A stretch of 64,000 nt of DNA, taken from an uncultured delta proteobacterium (GTDB lineage Bacteria; Desulfobacterota; RBG-13-43-22). Made by a program: the position numbers and the translations under genes. How positions within the stretch are numbered: the stretch's first letter is position 1; each line of letters begins with the position of its first letter. The notes under the pieces were generated by a model. The model was given only the letters and a program-made list of their open reading frames with translations. It had not been told where the DNA came from and ran no database searches. Location: the NCBI GenBank assembly GCA_963711835.1, contig CAVQFQ010000005.1, forward strand, positions 224,001-288,000. The letters are read 5' to 3'. Below are positions 50,593 through 62,116 of this stretch, piece after piece.

Positions 50593-51672
50593 CTAATTTC
50601 CTATCGGACCAGGAAATGGAGCCAGATTAATGCCTCCGCAGGAAGCCTCAACCGGCACGGTCACCGCACTGGACATATGGAGGCCGGCCCAACCGGGGAT
50701 GAAGGCTGAAAAACGGCCGGCCGTTCCGCCGGCCATAATAAGCAGAATGCTTTCCGGCGAAGAAACGGCCCTGACCAGGATTTTTTCATCTTCCGGGGTT
50801 GGTTTGGCTTCAATCATCCCGCCCCGAATCAAATCTATTCGGGGCCGGGCGGCCTTCTCATAAAGGAACTGTCTCACGGCCTGCTTTTTCCAGCCGGCCG
50901 CTGCCAGGGCTTCATAATGCTCCCGGCAGATGATGACCGCACACCCGCTGTCACCCCCCATATTAAAACTTCCCAGGGCCCTCATCCGATCCGCTATGGT
51001 CAGGAGAATATTTTCAGCCTTGAGGGCGGTATGGTTCTGGACCTGGTTGGGGCCTTCGGCCGCCATGACCGTCACCGCGCTTACCTCCCGCGGCAGTCCC
51101 CGAGTCACCTGAAGCGGCTCCCAGAGGCTGTCCTCGTCCTCGGCCAGGCAATAGGTATATTTCCCGGGATGCCCCAGAGTGGCCCGGTCGAATTCCTTAC
51201 CTCCCAGGTTGAAAAGGATTAATCGCATAGCCCGGCCGATGGTGGCATTGGCCCGGTTGCCCGGGCCCATCAGATTTTGGCCGCTGTTTATCCCCAGTTC
51301 CTTAATGATCGGCCCATTGATAATCATTAGAATCGCCGCTCCGGCCGTGGTGGCCGTAACCCCGTGGAGTCCGAATTCCGGCTGAGAGACGGCCCGGACC
51401 GCCGCCGCGACCAGCGGAAAGTATTCCGGCAGACATCCGGCCATGACGGCATTGATGGCCACCTTTTCGGCTGTAAAAACCCGGTTGCGCTCGGGTATGC
51501 CCCCCAGTATCGTCTCCGGTTCGAGTCTGCAGGTTTCCAGAAAGGCGGCCACTTTTTCTTCCGTCGGCGGGACAACGGGCAAGCCGTCGGTCCAGCCCAG
51601 GTTAAAAAAATAATCCTGGACCTGATCCGGATTCTCGAAATCAATTTTTTTTGAAATCAGACTGGTCAGCAT
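50593..51672 (-). CDS. conserved protein commonly found beside UGSC genes (GWTDGLPxxPPT family)
   Basis: GWTDGLPVVPPT, EKVAINAVMAGC, NRANATIGRA, LGHPGKY and AGG.AGRFS. Confidence 0.8.
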   Translation of the reverse strand: MLTSLISKKIDFENPDQVQDYFFNLGWTDGLPVVPPTEEKVAAFLETCRLEPETILGGIPERNRVFTAEKVAINAVMAGCLPEYFPLVAAAVRAVSQPEFGLHGVTATTAGAAILMIINGPIIKELGINSGQNLMGPGNRANATIGRAMRLILFNLGGKEFDRATLGHPGKYTYCLAEDEDSLWEPLQVTRGLPREVSAVTVMAAEGPNQVQNHTALKAENILLTIADRMRALGSFNMGGDSGCAVIICREHYEALAAAGWKKQAVRQFLYEKAARPRIDLIRGGMIEAKPTPEDEKILVRAVSSPESILLIMAGGTAGRFSAFIPGWAGLHMSSAVTVPVEASCGGINLAPFPGPIGN

Positions 51673-51925
51673 TGGCTTTCCTTTGCAGCGGCTGGTTGTT
51701 ATAATTGAGAGCAAGGAACAGTTACCGTTTTAGAAGCTGTTTATCACCGCCCACTCGTCCCGCCCCGGCGCGACTTGTTCAAGGCGCAGGGCGCCCCGCC
51801 TTTTCCGTCAAAGCAAGAGGGAGTTTTCGGATTATATCAAACCGGAGCCGGATCTCCAGCACTAATTTTCCTTCCCCGGAAATAATTTTCTTTTTAAGCG
51901 GTCCTTTTTCTGGTAGAAATTTCCC

Positions 51926-52672
51926 ATGAGTCTTCAACCCCCTTCAACCGTCACCCTTTTTATTCCCTGCCTGATGGATGCACTATATCCCCAGACCGCC
52001 CGGGATCTGGTTTCCCTCTTAAAAAAATTGGGTTTCAGAGTCGATTTCCCCTTGGAGCAAACCTGCTGCGGCCAACCGGCCTTCAATCAGGGTTTTTTTC
52101 CGCAGGCCCGGACCCTGGCCAGACGCTTTCTGACCATTTTTGACCAGGCCGAACTTATCGTCTGCCCTTCCGGCTCCTGCACCGCCATGGTTAAAAACCA
52201 TTATCTGGATCTTTTTCCGCAGGAACCGGAGTGGCTGGCCAAGGCCCGAAAAACGGCCAAGAAGATCTTTGAGGTCACCCAGTTCCTGCACCAATTCGGT
52301 TTAACTGAAAAAATTCAATCTTCCTTTCCCTTTAGGGTCACTTACCACGATGCCTGCCATTCCAACCGGATACTCGGGATCTTTCAGGAGCCCCGGGAGC
52401 TCCTGGCCCGGACCCGGGGGCTGCAATTAATTGAAATGGAATCTTCCGACAAATGCTGCGGCTTCGGAGGTCTGTTTTTTAAAAAATTCCCTCACATCTC
52501 AAAGGCCATCGGAATGGAAAAGGTGGAAGCCATCAAAAAAACCGAGGCCCAGTGGGTGGTCAGTAATGAGCCGGGCTGCCTGATGCAAATCCAGTCCGGA
52601 CTTTTTGAGCAGAAAATCCCGATCGGTATTAAACATATCATTGAAATCCTGAATGCCTCTTTTCCGGACTAA
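51926..52672 (+). CDS. lutA: lactate utilization protein A (CCG domains)
   Basis: QTCCGQP, SGSC, YHDACH, CCGFGG and GCLMQI. Confidence 0.88.
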   Translation: MSLQPPSTVTLFIPCLMDALYPQTARDLVSLLKKLGFRVDFPLEQTCCGQPAFNQGFFPQARTLARRFLTIFDQAELIVCPSGSCTAMVKNHYLDLFPQEPEWLAKARKTAKKIFEVTQFLHQFGLTEKIQSSFPFRVTYHDACHSNRILGIFQEPRELLARTRGLQLIEMESSDKCCGFGGLFFKKFPHISKAIGMEKVEAIKKTEAQWVVSNEPGCLMQIQSGLFEQKIPIGIKHIIEILNASFPD

Positions 52673-52675
52673 TCG

Positions 52676-54037
52676 ATGAAGATAGAGACCGAACACTTCA
52701 AACAGAAGGCCGACCAGGCGGTCCAGAATGCCGCCATGCAAAGGGCCTTAGCCCGAGCCACACAACGGTTTTCTTTAAGCCGGGCCCGGGTCTTCCAGGA
52801 CCTGCCCGAGGGGGAGGACCTCAGAACCCAGGCCCACGGGATTAAGGCCGAAGTCATGGATCATTTGGAGTTCTATCTGGAGCAACTCAAAACCTCGGCC
52901 GAAGCCCTGGGGGTGAAGGTGTTTCGGGCCCAGGACGGTCAGGCCGCCTCCGGTTATATCCAAGACTTGATCCGGGCCAACCAGATCAAGACGGTGGTGA
53001 AAAGCAAATCCATGACCACGGAGGAAATCGATTTAAATCAAGACCTGGGACGGACCGGTACCGAAGTCTGGGAAACGGACCTGGGGGAATTCATTATTCA
53101 ACTGGCGGAGGAACCGCCCTCCCATATTATCGGTCCGGCCATCCACAAATCCCAAAAAGAGATCGCCCGGCTCTTTGCCGACCGCCTCGGGGTCCCGGTT
53201 TACGAGACCCCGGAAGAATTAACCATGGTGGCCCGGGAATTTCTTCGGGAAAAATATTTTCAGGCCGGCCTGGGCATCAGCGGGGCGAATTTCGCCCTGG
53301 CCCAAACCGGGACCTTAGTCATCGTCGAGAATGAGGGCAATGCCCGATTCTGCACCACCTTTCCCAGGATCCATGTGGCCGTCATGGGAATAGAAAAGGT
53401 AATTCCCGGTACGGAGGAACTGGCGGTTTTTCTCAAGCTCCTGGCCCGCAGCGCCACCGGCCAAAAATCCTCCACCTATGTTTCCCTGATCCGGGGACCG
53501 TCCCGGTCGGCTGAAGCGGACGGCCCTGAAGAAGTACACCTGATCCTGCTTGACAACGGACGATCCCGGATCCTCCGGGACCCGATTCTGCGGCCCTCAT
53601 TGTATTGCGTCCGCTGTGGGGCCTGCTTGAACGTCTGCCCGGTCTATCAAAAAATCGGAGGCCATGCCTATGGCTGGGCCTATAGCGGACCCATAGGGGC
53701 CTTGATCGTCCCCCAATACCTGGGTCTGCTGCGGGCCAGGGATTTACCGATGGCCTCGACCCTTTGCGGGGCCTGTGCGCAGGTATGTCCGGTCAGGATC
53801 CCCATTCCGGACCTCTTGTTGGAGCTGAGGCGGCAGATTCAGGAACAGGGCGCCGCTTGGGGAGAAAAAAACTTGATCCGCTTCTGGGCCGCCTTGCAGA
53901 AACATCCGAGGTGGGTTCAGCCTTTCTTCTGGTTCATTAAAAAAATGGCCGGGCTTTTCCCTAAGCCCTTTCCTCCTGGTTTGACCTTTCCGGAGAAGAG
54001 CTTCCATCAATGGTGGCAGGATGAAAAGCCAGACTGA
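52676..54037 (+). CDS. lutB: lactate utilization protein B (Fe-S)
   Basis: KSKSMTTEE, ETDLGE, ENEGN, RSATGQ, CVRCGACLNVCP and STLCGACAQVCP. Confidence 0.92.
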   Translation: MKIETEHFKQKADQAVQNAAMQRALARATQRFSLSRARVFQDLPEGEDLRTQAHGIKAEVMDHLEFYLEQLKTSAEALGVKVFRAQDGQAASGYIQDLIRANQIKTVVKSKSMTTEEIDLNQDLGRTGTEVWETDLGEFIIQLAEEPPSHIIGPAIHKSQKEIARLFADRLGVPVYETPEELTMVAREFLREKYFQAGLGISGANFALAQTGTLVIVENEGNARFCTTFPRIHVAVMGIEKVIPGTEELAVFLKLLARSATGQKSSTYVSLIRGPSRSAEADGPEEVHLILLDNGRSRILRDPILRPSLYCVRCGACLNVCPVYQKIGGHAYGWAYSGPIGALIVPQYLGLLRARDLPMASTLCGACAQVCPVRIPIPDLLLELRRQIQEQGAAWGEKNLIRFWAALQKHPRWVQPFFWFIKKMAGLFPKPFPPGLTFPEKSFHQWWQDEKPD

Positions 54038-54602
54038 TCTCCTGAAACAACTGGAACAGGAACTGCTCTATCTTCAAGCCAAGACCTACCGGGCCCATAC
54101 TCCGGGAGAGCTGGAGGGCCTGTTGGATGCCCTTGGCGCACCCTACGCTCCGGAAAAAATCGCCGTTGAAGATCGCCCATTCCTGCGGGATCTGAAATGG
54201 GATAGAGGTCGGATAGGTCCCGGGGCAAACCACCGGGACAATCACTGGGAGGCAGTCCGGAACATCGACTTGGGCCTGACCGGGGTGGATTACGCCCTGG
54301 CCGATACCGGGACACTGGTCCTTTTTGCCGGTACGGCCAAAGGCCGATGGGTCTCTCTGGCCCCCCGGATCCATGTGGCCCTTCTCCCTTTAGGAAGAAT
54401 CCTCCCCTCCCTGGATGAATTTTTTTCCCTGTTGGCCACCCCTGATATTCTGGCGGCTTCCGGAAGCGCTGTTACCTTCATAACCGGCGCCAGCCGGACA
54501 GCCGACATCGAGCTGAACCTGGTTATGGGCGCCCATGGACCTAAGGAACTCCATGTCATTACCTTGTTGTTTCCAACGGGAAGCTTGAACTCCGCCGGCT
54601 AA
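54021..54602 (+). CDS. lutC: lactate utilization protein C (LUD domain)
   Basis: ALADTGTLV and ITGASRTADIE..LVMGAHGP. Confidence 0.88.
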   Translation: MKSQTDLLKQLEQELLYLQAKTYRAHTPGELEGLLDALGAPYAPEKIAVEDRPFLRDLKWDRGRIGPGANHRDNHWEAVRNIDLGLTGVDYALADTGTLVLFAGTAKGRWVSLAPRIHVALLPLGRILPSLDEFFSLLATPDILAASGSAVTFITGASRTADIELNLVMGAHGPKELHVITLLFPTGSLNSAG

Positions 54603-54720
54603 AGATCTTGAATCCGGCGCCTATTATGAATATAGTGATTCCAATGGAATCTGTTACTGTCCTGGAAAAGGCCGGACGCGCCATCGTCCAGCCCACCTAT
54701 TCCTCAAGGAGCCATCAGCT

Positions 54721-55704
54721 ATGTCTATGACTATTGAAGGGACCGGTTCCTATGTCCCGCCCCGTATTTTGCCCAATCGCGAACTGGAACAGATGATGGA
54801 GACCACAGATGAATGGATCACCCAGCGGACCGGGGTCCGGGAGCGGCGGGTGGCCGAGCCGGGCGTAACCGCTTCGGACCTGGCCCTGGAGGCCTCCAAA
54901 GCGGCCCTGGATATGGCCGGTTTTGACCTGAACCGGCTGCAGTTGATCATCATGGCCACGATCACTCCCGATACCCATTGCCCGGCCGGAGCCAATTGGC
55001 TTCAGGCCAAATTAGGGGCTCATCAGGCCGTCACCTTCGATGTGACCGCGGCCTGTTCCGGATTTATCTTCGGCTTGAATGTGGCCGAACAGTATTTAAA
55101 GGCCGGTACGGTTGATAATGTCCTGGTGGTCGCTTCCGAGATCATGACCCGGACCTTAAACTGGAAGGACCGCTCTTCGGCCATTCTCTGGGGCGATGGA
55201 GCCGGCGGGGCCTTGCTCTCCCGCAGCGGTGCAGGTCCGGAGATCCTCTCTACCCACATCCACACCGATGGGGCCAATGGGGCCAACCTGCTGATGCCCG
55301 GTGGAGGATCCAAGACAACGCCTATTTCACACGAAAGCGTGGATAAGGATCTGCATACCCTGAAGATGATCGAGGCCAGTGCCTCGGTTCGGGTTGCGGT
55401 AAAACATTTTGCCGGGGCCTGTCTTGAGGCCGTGGAAGCCCACGGGGTCTCCCTGGAGGAGGTGGACTGGTTTATTCCCCATCAGGCCAACTTGCGTATG
55501 CTGCAGTCCGTGGCCAAACGCCTGAATGTACCCTTTGAAAAATTTTACATCACCGTCCATAAATATGGAAACATCTCTTCGGCCTCTATCCCTATTGCCC
55601 TGGATGAGGCGGTCCGCACCGGGGCCATCCAGAAAGGTCACCTGGTAGTCCTGACGGCCTTCGGCGGCGGACTCACCTGGGGAAGCGCTTTGATACGCTG
55701 GTAA
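54721..55704 (+). CDS. fabH: beta-ketoacyl-ACP synthase III
   Basis: WITQRTG, AACSGF, GDGAG, PHQAN, GNISSAS and FGGGLTWG. Confidence 0.93.
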   Translation: MSMTIEGTGSYVPPRILPNRELEQMMETTDEWITQRTGVRERRVAEPGVTASDLALEASKAALDMAGFDLNRLQLIIMATITPDTHCPAGANWLQAKLGAHQAVTFDVTAACSGFIFGLNVAEQYLKAGTVDNVLVVASEIMTRTLNWKDRSSAILWGDGAGGALLSRSGAGPEILSTHIHTDGANGANLLMPGGGSKTTPISHESVDKDLHTLKMIEASASVRVAVKHFAGACLEAVEAHGVSLEEVDWFIPHQANLRMLQSVAKRLNVPFEKFYITVHKYGNISSASIPIALDEAVRTGAIQKGHLVVLTAFGGGLTWGSALIRW

Positions 55705-55754
55705 GGGGCCGATGGCTTATTGAGAAAAAAATTCTCGCAGATGAGGAGGAAACC

Positions 55755-58532
55755 ATGAAGAAGAAACCTTCACAGTCCCCTACACCCGGAAGCCGGGCCG
55801 GGGCGAGCAGAGAAAAAAAATATGTCTATTTTTTCGGAGAAGGACAGGCCGACGGCCATGCCGGGATGAAAAACCTCCTGGGAGGAAAAGGGGCCAATAT
55901 CGCCGAGATGACCAACTTGAACATCCCTGTTCCCCCGGGTTTTACCATCACCACCGAGGTCTGCACCCTTTTCTTCAAAAACCGCCGCCAGTATCCGGAG
56001 AATCTCCCCAAACAGGTGGATGCGGCCATGGTCAGGGTGGAAAAGATTATGGGAAGGAAATTTGGCGACCCCGACAACCCCCTTCTGGTATCGGTCCGTT
56101 CCGGGTCCAGGAAATCCATGCCCGGTATGATGGAGACAGTTCTCAATGTGGGCCTCACCGAACAGACCATTCCGGGGATGATCAAGCGAACCGGAAACGA
56201 GCGGTTTGTCTATGACGCCTATCGCCGGCTTTTGATGATGTACTCCGATGTGGTCATGGAAAAGGCCCAGGGTCTGGAGTCGGCTGAAGACGATGGGATC
56301 CGAGAAAAACTGGAAAAGGCGCTGGCGTTATTGAAAAAAAAGAAAGGGGTTCAAAACGATACCGAACTTTCCACCGAAGATCTGAAAACCCTCTGCCTGG
56401 AATTTAAAAGAATCATCCGCGAAACCTTGAAGGAGGATTTCCCGGATGATCCCAAGCAGCAACTTTGGGGCGGTATCGGTGCGGTTTTTCAATCCTGGAT
56501 GGGGAAACGGGCCGTTTCTTACCGGAAAATAGAAAGGATCCCCGAGGACTGGGGTACGGCGGTCAGTGTTCAGGCCATGGTTTTTGGAAATACCGGCGAC
56601 AACTCAGCCACCGGGGTGGCCTTCACTCGAAACCCGGCTACGGGCGAGGCTGTTTTTTTCGGGGAATGGCTGCCCAACGCCCAGGGGGAGGACGTGGTGG
56701 CCGGAATTCGAACCCCCAACCCCATCAATCGGGCCGGCAAGACCGAAGATACCATGCACCTGCATTCTCTGGAAGGGGCGATGCCTAAGCTTTACAAGCA
56801 GCTCTTTCAGATCCAGAAAAGACTGGAAACCCATTACCAGGACATGCAGGACATCGAGTTTACTATTGAAGAAGGAAAACTCTGGATGCTCCAGACCCGG
56901 GTAGGAAAACGTACCGGTACGGCCGCAGTCCGTATGGCTGTCGACATGGTCAAGTCGAAATTAATATCTCGGGAAACGGCCCTGCTGCGGATCAACCCCG
57001 AGCATTTTGATGAGCTCCTGCATCCCAGCGTGGATCCCAAGGACGAAGAAAGGGGACTGGAACTGGCCAAGGGATTGCCGGCCGGTCCGGGTGGGGCCAT
57101 CGGCCGTATTGTCTTCACCGCCGATGACGCCGAAACCTGGGCCAACCGGGGAGAAAAAGTCATCCTGGTCCGGAACGAGACCTCTCCGGAGGACGTCCAC
57201 GGCATGCACGCCGCCGCCGCCATCCTGACCGCCCGGGGAGGCATGACCAGTCACGCCGCCCTGGTCGCCCGGGGTTGGGGCAAATGCTGCATCGTCGGCT
57301 GTAGTGAATTGAATATAGACCTCCCCAACAAAACCCTTCAGGTCCGCGGCCGGATCCTTCACGAAGGGGACTGGATCACCATGGATGGAACCCGCGGCCG
57401 GGTCTATGACGGCAAACTCCGTCTTTTGCCGGCTGACCCGAAGACCAATCCCTGGTATAAGGAAATCATGAAATGGGCCGACCAGGTCCGGCGCTTGAAG
57501 GTCTGGACCAATGCCGACCGCCCGGAAGATGCCGCCCTGGCCAGGACCTACAAGGCCGAAGGCATCGGCCTTTGCCGCACCGAACACATGTTTTTCGAAA
57601 TGGGTCGCATCAAGGCCATGCGGGAGGTCATCCTTTCGGATACCGAGGACGGGCGGCGCAAGGCATTGGCCAAGCTGCTGCCCATGCAAAAGCAGGATTT
57701 CATCGGGATCTTCCGGGCCATGGAAGGCCTGCCGGTTACTATCCGCCTGCTGGATCCCCCCCTCCATGAATTTCTGCCCCAGAACAACAAGGAACTGGAA
57801 GATCTGGCCTATGATATGGACGTGCCTATCGCCCGGCTAAGGGCCAAAAACCGTTCCCTCCATGAATTCAATCCCATGCTCGGCCATCGGGGTTGCCGTC
57901 TGGCCATATCCTATCCGGAGATTTACGAAATGCAGGTCCGGGCCATCATGGAAGCGGCCTGCGAGTTGGCTAAACTCAAGGTCAAGGTCCTTCCCGAAAT
58001 CATGATTCCCATCGTCGGTCATGTCCTGGAGTTGGAGGATATGCGCCAATTGGCCGTAAAGGTGATCGAGGAGGTCCAGAAGAACTACCGGGTCAAGGTG
58101 CCCTACACCATCGGGACTATGATTGAATTGCCCCGGGCCTGCGTAACCGCCAATGAAATCGCTCGGCAGGCCGACTTTTTCTCCTTTGGGACCAATGACC
58201 TCACCCAGACCGTCTTTGGCCTATCCCGGGATGACGCCGGGAAATTCCTTCATTTCTATCTGGAAAAAAACATCCTGGAGGATGATCCCTTTGTTACCAT
58301 AGATATCAAGGGGGTGGGGGCCCTGATGCGGGAGGCGGTCGAAAAAGGAAGGAAGGAAAAACCCGGCTTAAAAATAGGCATCTGTGGAGAACACGGCGGG
58401 GAACCAAGGTCCGTGGAATTCTGCCATCAGATCGGCCTGGATTATGTCAGTTGTTCCCCTTTCCGGGTACCCATCGCCCGCCTGGCCGCAGCCCAGGCAG
58501 CCTTGAAGTATCCCGAACGCAAAAAGAAATAA
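55755..58532 (+). CDS. ppdK: pyruvate, phosphate dikinase
   Basis: LGGKGAN, SMPGMM, GGMTSHAA, GLCRTEHMF, SFGTNDL and GICGEHGG. Confidence 0.97.
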   Translation: MKKKPSQSPTPGSRAGASREKKYVYFFGEGQADGHAGMKNLLGGKGANIAEMTNLNIPVPPGFTITTEVCTLFFKNRRQYPENLPKQVDAAMVRVEKIMGRKFGDPDNPLLVSVRSGSRKSMPGMMETVLNVGLTEQTIPGMIKRTGNERFVYDAYRRLLMMYSDVVMEKAQGLESAEDDGIREKLEKALALLKKKKGVQNDTELSTEDLKTLCLEFKRIIRETLKEDFPDDPKQQLWGGIGAVFQSWMGKRAVSYRKIERIPEDWGTAVSVQAMVFGNTGDNSATGVAFTRNPATGEAVFFGEWLPNAQGEDVVAGIRTPNPINRAGKTEDTMHLHSLEGAMPKLYKQLFQIQKRLETHYQDMQDIEFTIEEGKLWMLQTRVGKRTGTAAVRMAVDMVKSKLISRETALLRINPEHFDELLHPSVDPKDEERGLELAKGLPAGPGGAIGRIVFTADDAETWANRGEKVILVRNETSPEDVHGMHAAAAILTARGGMTSHAALVARGWGKCCIVGCSELNIDLPNKTLQVRGRILHEGDWITMDGTRGRVYDGKLRLLPADPKTNPWYKEIMKWADQVRRLKVWTNADRPEDAALARTYKAEGIGLCRTEHMFFEMGRIKAMREVILSDTEDGRRKALAKLLPMQKQDFIGIFRAMEGLPVTIRLLDPPLHEFLPQNNKELEDLAYDMDVPIARLRAKNRSLHEFNPMLGHRGCRLAISYPEIYEMQVRAIMEAACELAKLKVKVLPEIMIPIVGHVLELEDMRQLAVKVIEEVQKNYRVKVPYTIGTMIELPRACVTANEIARQADFFSFGTNDLTQTVFGLSRDDAGKFLHFYLEKNILEDDPFVTIDIKGVGALMREAVEKGRKEKPGLKIGICGEHGGEPRSVEFCHQIGLDYVSCSPFRVPIARLAAAQAALKYPERKKK

Positions 58533-58550
58533 AAAGCCCCTTGCAGGAAA

Positions 58551-58689
58551 TCCGATACTGGATACTGGTTGCTGGATATTGGATAAAGTTTGGCGAACTA
58601 CCTCCCTTTTGATTTGACCCAGTATCCGGTATCGCTTTTTGCTTTTATCCAGTATCCAGAATCGTTTTTTGTCTTGATCCAGGATCCGG
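58551..58689. repeat. inverted arrays of heptamers (GATACTG / CCAGTAT)
   Basis: gatactggatactgg...ctggatattgg, then ccagtatccggtatc, ccagtatccagaatc, atccaggatccgg, between convergent ppdK and ahcY. Confidence 0.65.
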
Positions 58690-59961
<1,272 letters not shown>

Positions 59962-60023
59962 TCAACTGTCAGCCGTCGGCTTTCAGCTAAGGGCTGTTTT
60001 TCTCATCCTATATCGTTTCTCAT

Positions 60024-61202
60024 TCAGCGGCTTGTTTTCAGGCCGGCCTTTTCCCGCAGGAGTTCGGCCTTATCGGTCTTCTCCCAGGTAAAGCCCTCTT
60101 CATTCCGGCCGAAATGACCGTAGGCCGCAGTCTGCTTGTAAACAGGCCGCAGTAAATTCAAATGGCGGATAACCTCGGCCGGTTTGAAACTGAAGATTTC
60201 TCGAATAATTCGGTTGATATCCGAATCGGGGATCTTCCCGGTTCCGCGGGTATCCACAAAGATGGAAAGAGGCTCAGCCCTCCCAATGGTATAGGAAACC
60301 TGGAGGCGGCAGACTGTGGCCAATCCGGCGGCCACAACATTTTTAGCCACATACCGGGCCATATAGGAAGAACTTCGATCTACCTTGGAAGGGTCCTTGC
60401 CTGAGAAAGCCCCGCCGCCATGGCTCCCCCGGCCGCCGTAGCTGTCGGCAATGATCTTCCGGCCGGTCATCCCGCAATCCCCCAGAGGACCGCCGACCAC
60501 AAACCGCCCGGTGGTGTTGATAAAATACTGGGTCTTATTAGTCAAGAGCTTCGGCGGGATCACTTTTTTGATAACGGTTTCGATGATCCCTTCCTGTAAT
60601 TTTTTATAGGTCACATCCGGGTTGTGCTGGGCGGCAATAACAATCGCCGGTATGGATACCGGCTTACCGTCCTGGTATTCTACGGTAACCTGGGTCTTTC
60701 CATCGGGTCTCAAGAATTTGAGAATCCCTTTCTTGCGCACCTCCGCCAGACGCCGGGCCAAACGATGGGCATACCAGATCGGCATGGGCATCAGGTCCTT
60801 GGTCTCGTTGCAGGCATAACCGAACATCATCCCCTGGTCGCCGGCCCCCTGTTCCTTTTTCCCGTCCCGGGCATTCACGCCCTGGGCAATATCCGGGGAT
60901 TGTTTATCAATCGTGGTCAGAACGGCACAGGTTTCCCAGTCAAAGCCCATGGAAGAATCGTTGTAGCCGATCTCTTTTATGGTCTCCCGGACGATCCTGG
61001 GGATATCCACGTAACAGGTGGTGGTGATTTCTCCGGCGATCAAGGCTAAACCGGTGGTGACCAGGGTCTCGCAGGCCACCCGCCCTCTGGGATCTTCGCT
61101 TAAAATCGCATCCAGTATTCCGTCTGAGATCTGATCGGCTACCTTATCGGGATGACCTTCGGTCACGGACTCCGAGGTAAAAGAGTAATTGTGCCTGCTC
61201 AT
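60024..61202 (-). CDS. metK: methionine adenosyltransferase
   Basis: [19 protein letters not shown] and [16 protein letters not shown]. Confidence 0.97.
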   Translation of the reverse strand: MSRHNYSFTSESVTEGHPDKVADQISDGILDAILSEDPRGRVACETLVTTGLALIAGEITTTCYVDIPRIVRETIKEIGYNDSSMGFDWETCAVLTTIDKQSPDIAQGVNARDGKKEQGAGDQGMMFGYACNETKDLMPMPIWYAHRLARRLAEVRKKGILKFLRPDGKTQVTVEYQDGKPVSIPAIVIAAQHNPDVTYKKLQEGIIETVIKKVIPPKLLTNKTQYFINTTGRFVVGGPLGDCGMTGRKIIADSYGGRGSHGGGAFSGKDPSKVDRSSSYMARYVAKNVVAAGLATVCRLQVSYTIGRAEPLSIFVDTRGTGKIPDSDINRIIREIFSFKPAEVIRHLNLLRPVYKQTAAYGHFGRNEEGFTWEKTDKAELLREKAGLKTSR

Positions 61203-61231
61203 GCTTATTCCCTCCTTAGGAAAAATGTCTT

Positions 61232-61259
61232 ATTATATTCTTTTGGTCCTATTTGTCAA
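61232..61259 (-). promoter_or_regulatory. sigma70-type promoter for metK-ahcY
   Basis: Minus strand TTGACA-N16-TATAAT about 30 bp before the ATG, with AAGGAGG SD. Confidence 0.75.
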
Positions 61260-61361
61260 GTTCAAAAATCCAAGCAAAATTATTTAATTAAGGCTCCTAG
61301 AGGTCTCCCGTCCACCCCTTGGAGTCAAAAATCTGCCGGATCCGGCCAAAAAAGGGTTTAC

Positions 61362-62018
61362 CTAAAGGCCGGTAAAGGGGATCGGATCCTTGGGACCGGA
61401 TGGATAGGAACTATCGGGAGAGACTAATCCCCCTGAAATAATGACCTTAAAAGCCGCTTCCACGGTCATCGTTAGGGGAATTAGATCCTTTTCCGGGACG
61501 ATTACATAGTATCCGGTAGTCGGATTGGGGGAGCAGGGGATAAAGACGTTCATCATGTCCGGGTTGGTCTTGGATTCCAGTTCCCCTTTCACCCTGCCGG
61601 CTACAAAGCCTAAGGAATACAAACCCGAACGGGGAAACTCCAGCATAACGACTTGCTTGAAATGGTTCCCCCGGCTGCTGAAGATGGCCTCGGTGAATTG
61701 TTTCAGGGCCAGGTAGATATTGCTGACGAAAGGGATCCGGCTGACCAAGAGTTCTCCGAGGGAAACCAGCTTCTTGCCGACATAATTACGGGTCAGGAGA
61801 CCGACGATAAAAACCAAAAGAGTTACCAAGACCACCCCTAAACCGGGCAGGTGAAAGCCAAGCAGGCTATCGGGATGATAATCCGCGGGAAGAACGGAGA
61901 CGATATCATCCATGACCCCGATCAGGACCTGGATGATATAGATGGTAATGGTAACGGGAACAACAACGATCAATCCGGTCAGGAGATACTTTTTGATCCA
62001 GGCCTTGAATGCCGGCAT
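61362..62018 (-). CDS. DUF502 family membrane protein
   Basis: LLTGLIVVVP, RIPFVSNIY, EFPR, PNPTTGY and ISGG. Confidence 0.88.
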   Translation of the reverse strand: MPAFKAWIKKYLLTGLIVVVPVTITIYIIQVLIGVMDDIVSVLPADYHPDSLLGFHLPGLGVVLVTLLVFIVGLLTRNYVGKKLVSLGELLVSRIPFVSNIYLALKQFTEAIFSSRGNHFKQVVMLEFPRSGLYSLGFVAGRVKGELESKTNPDMMNVFIPCSPNPTTGYYVIVPEKDLIPLTMTVEAAFKVIISGGLVSPDSSYPSGPKDPIPFTGL

Positions 62019-62116
62019 CCTCTTTCCTCCTAAGCAGCCGGTGGTCCGGGGAACCTGCTTTGGACAGGTGGTGCCTGCCGGATTGTTGTTTGTAACCAGG
62101 TCCGTCTCATGGCTGT

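Noticed and set aside
61203-61360. SAM or SAH riboswitch upstream of metK-ahcY
   Set aside because: A consensus promoter sits about 30 bp from the start, leaving no room, and no aptamer motif is visible
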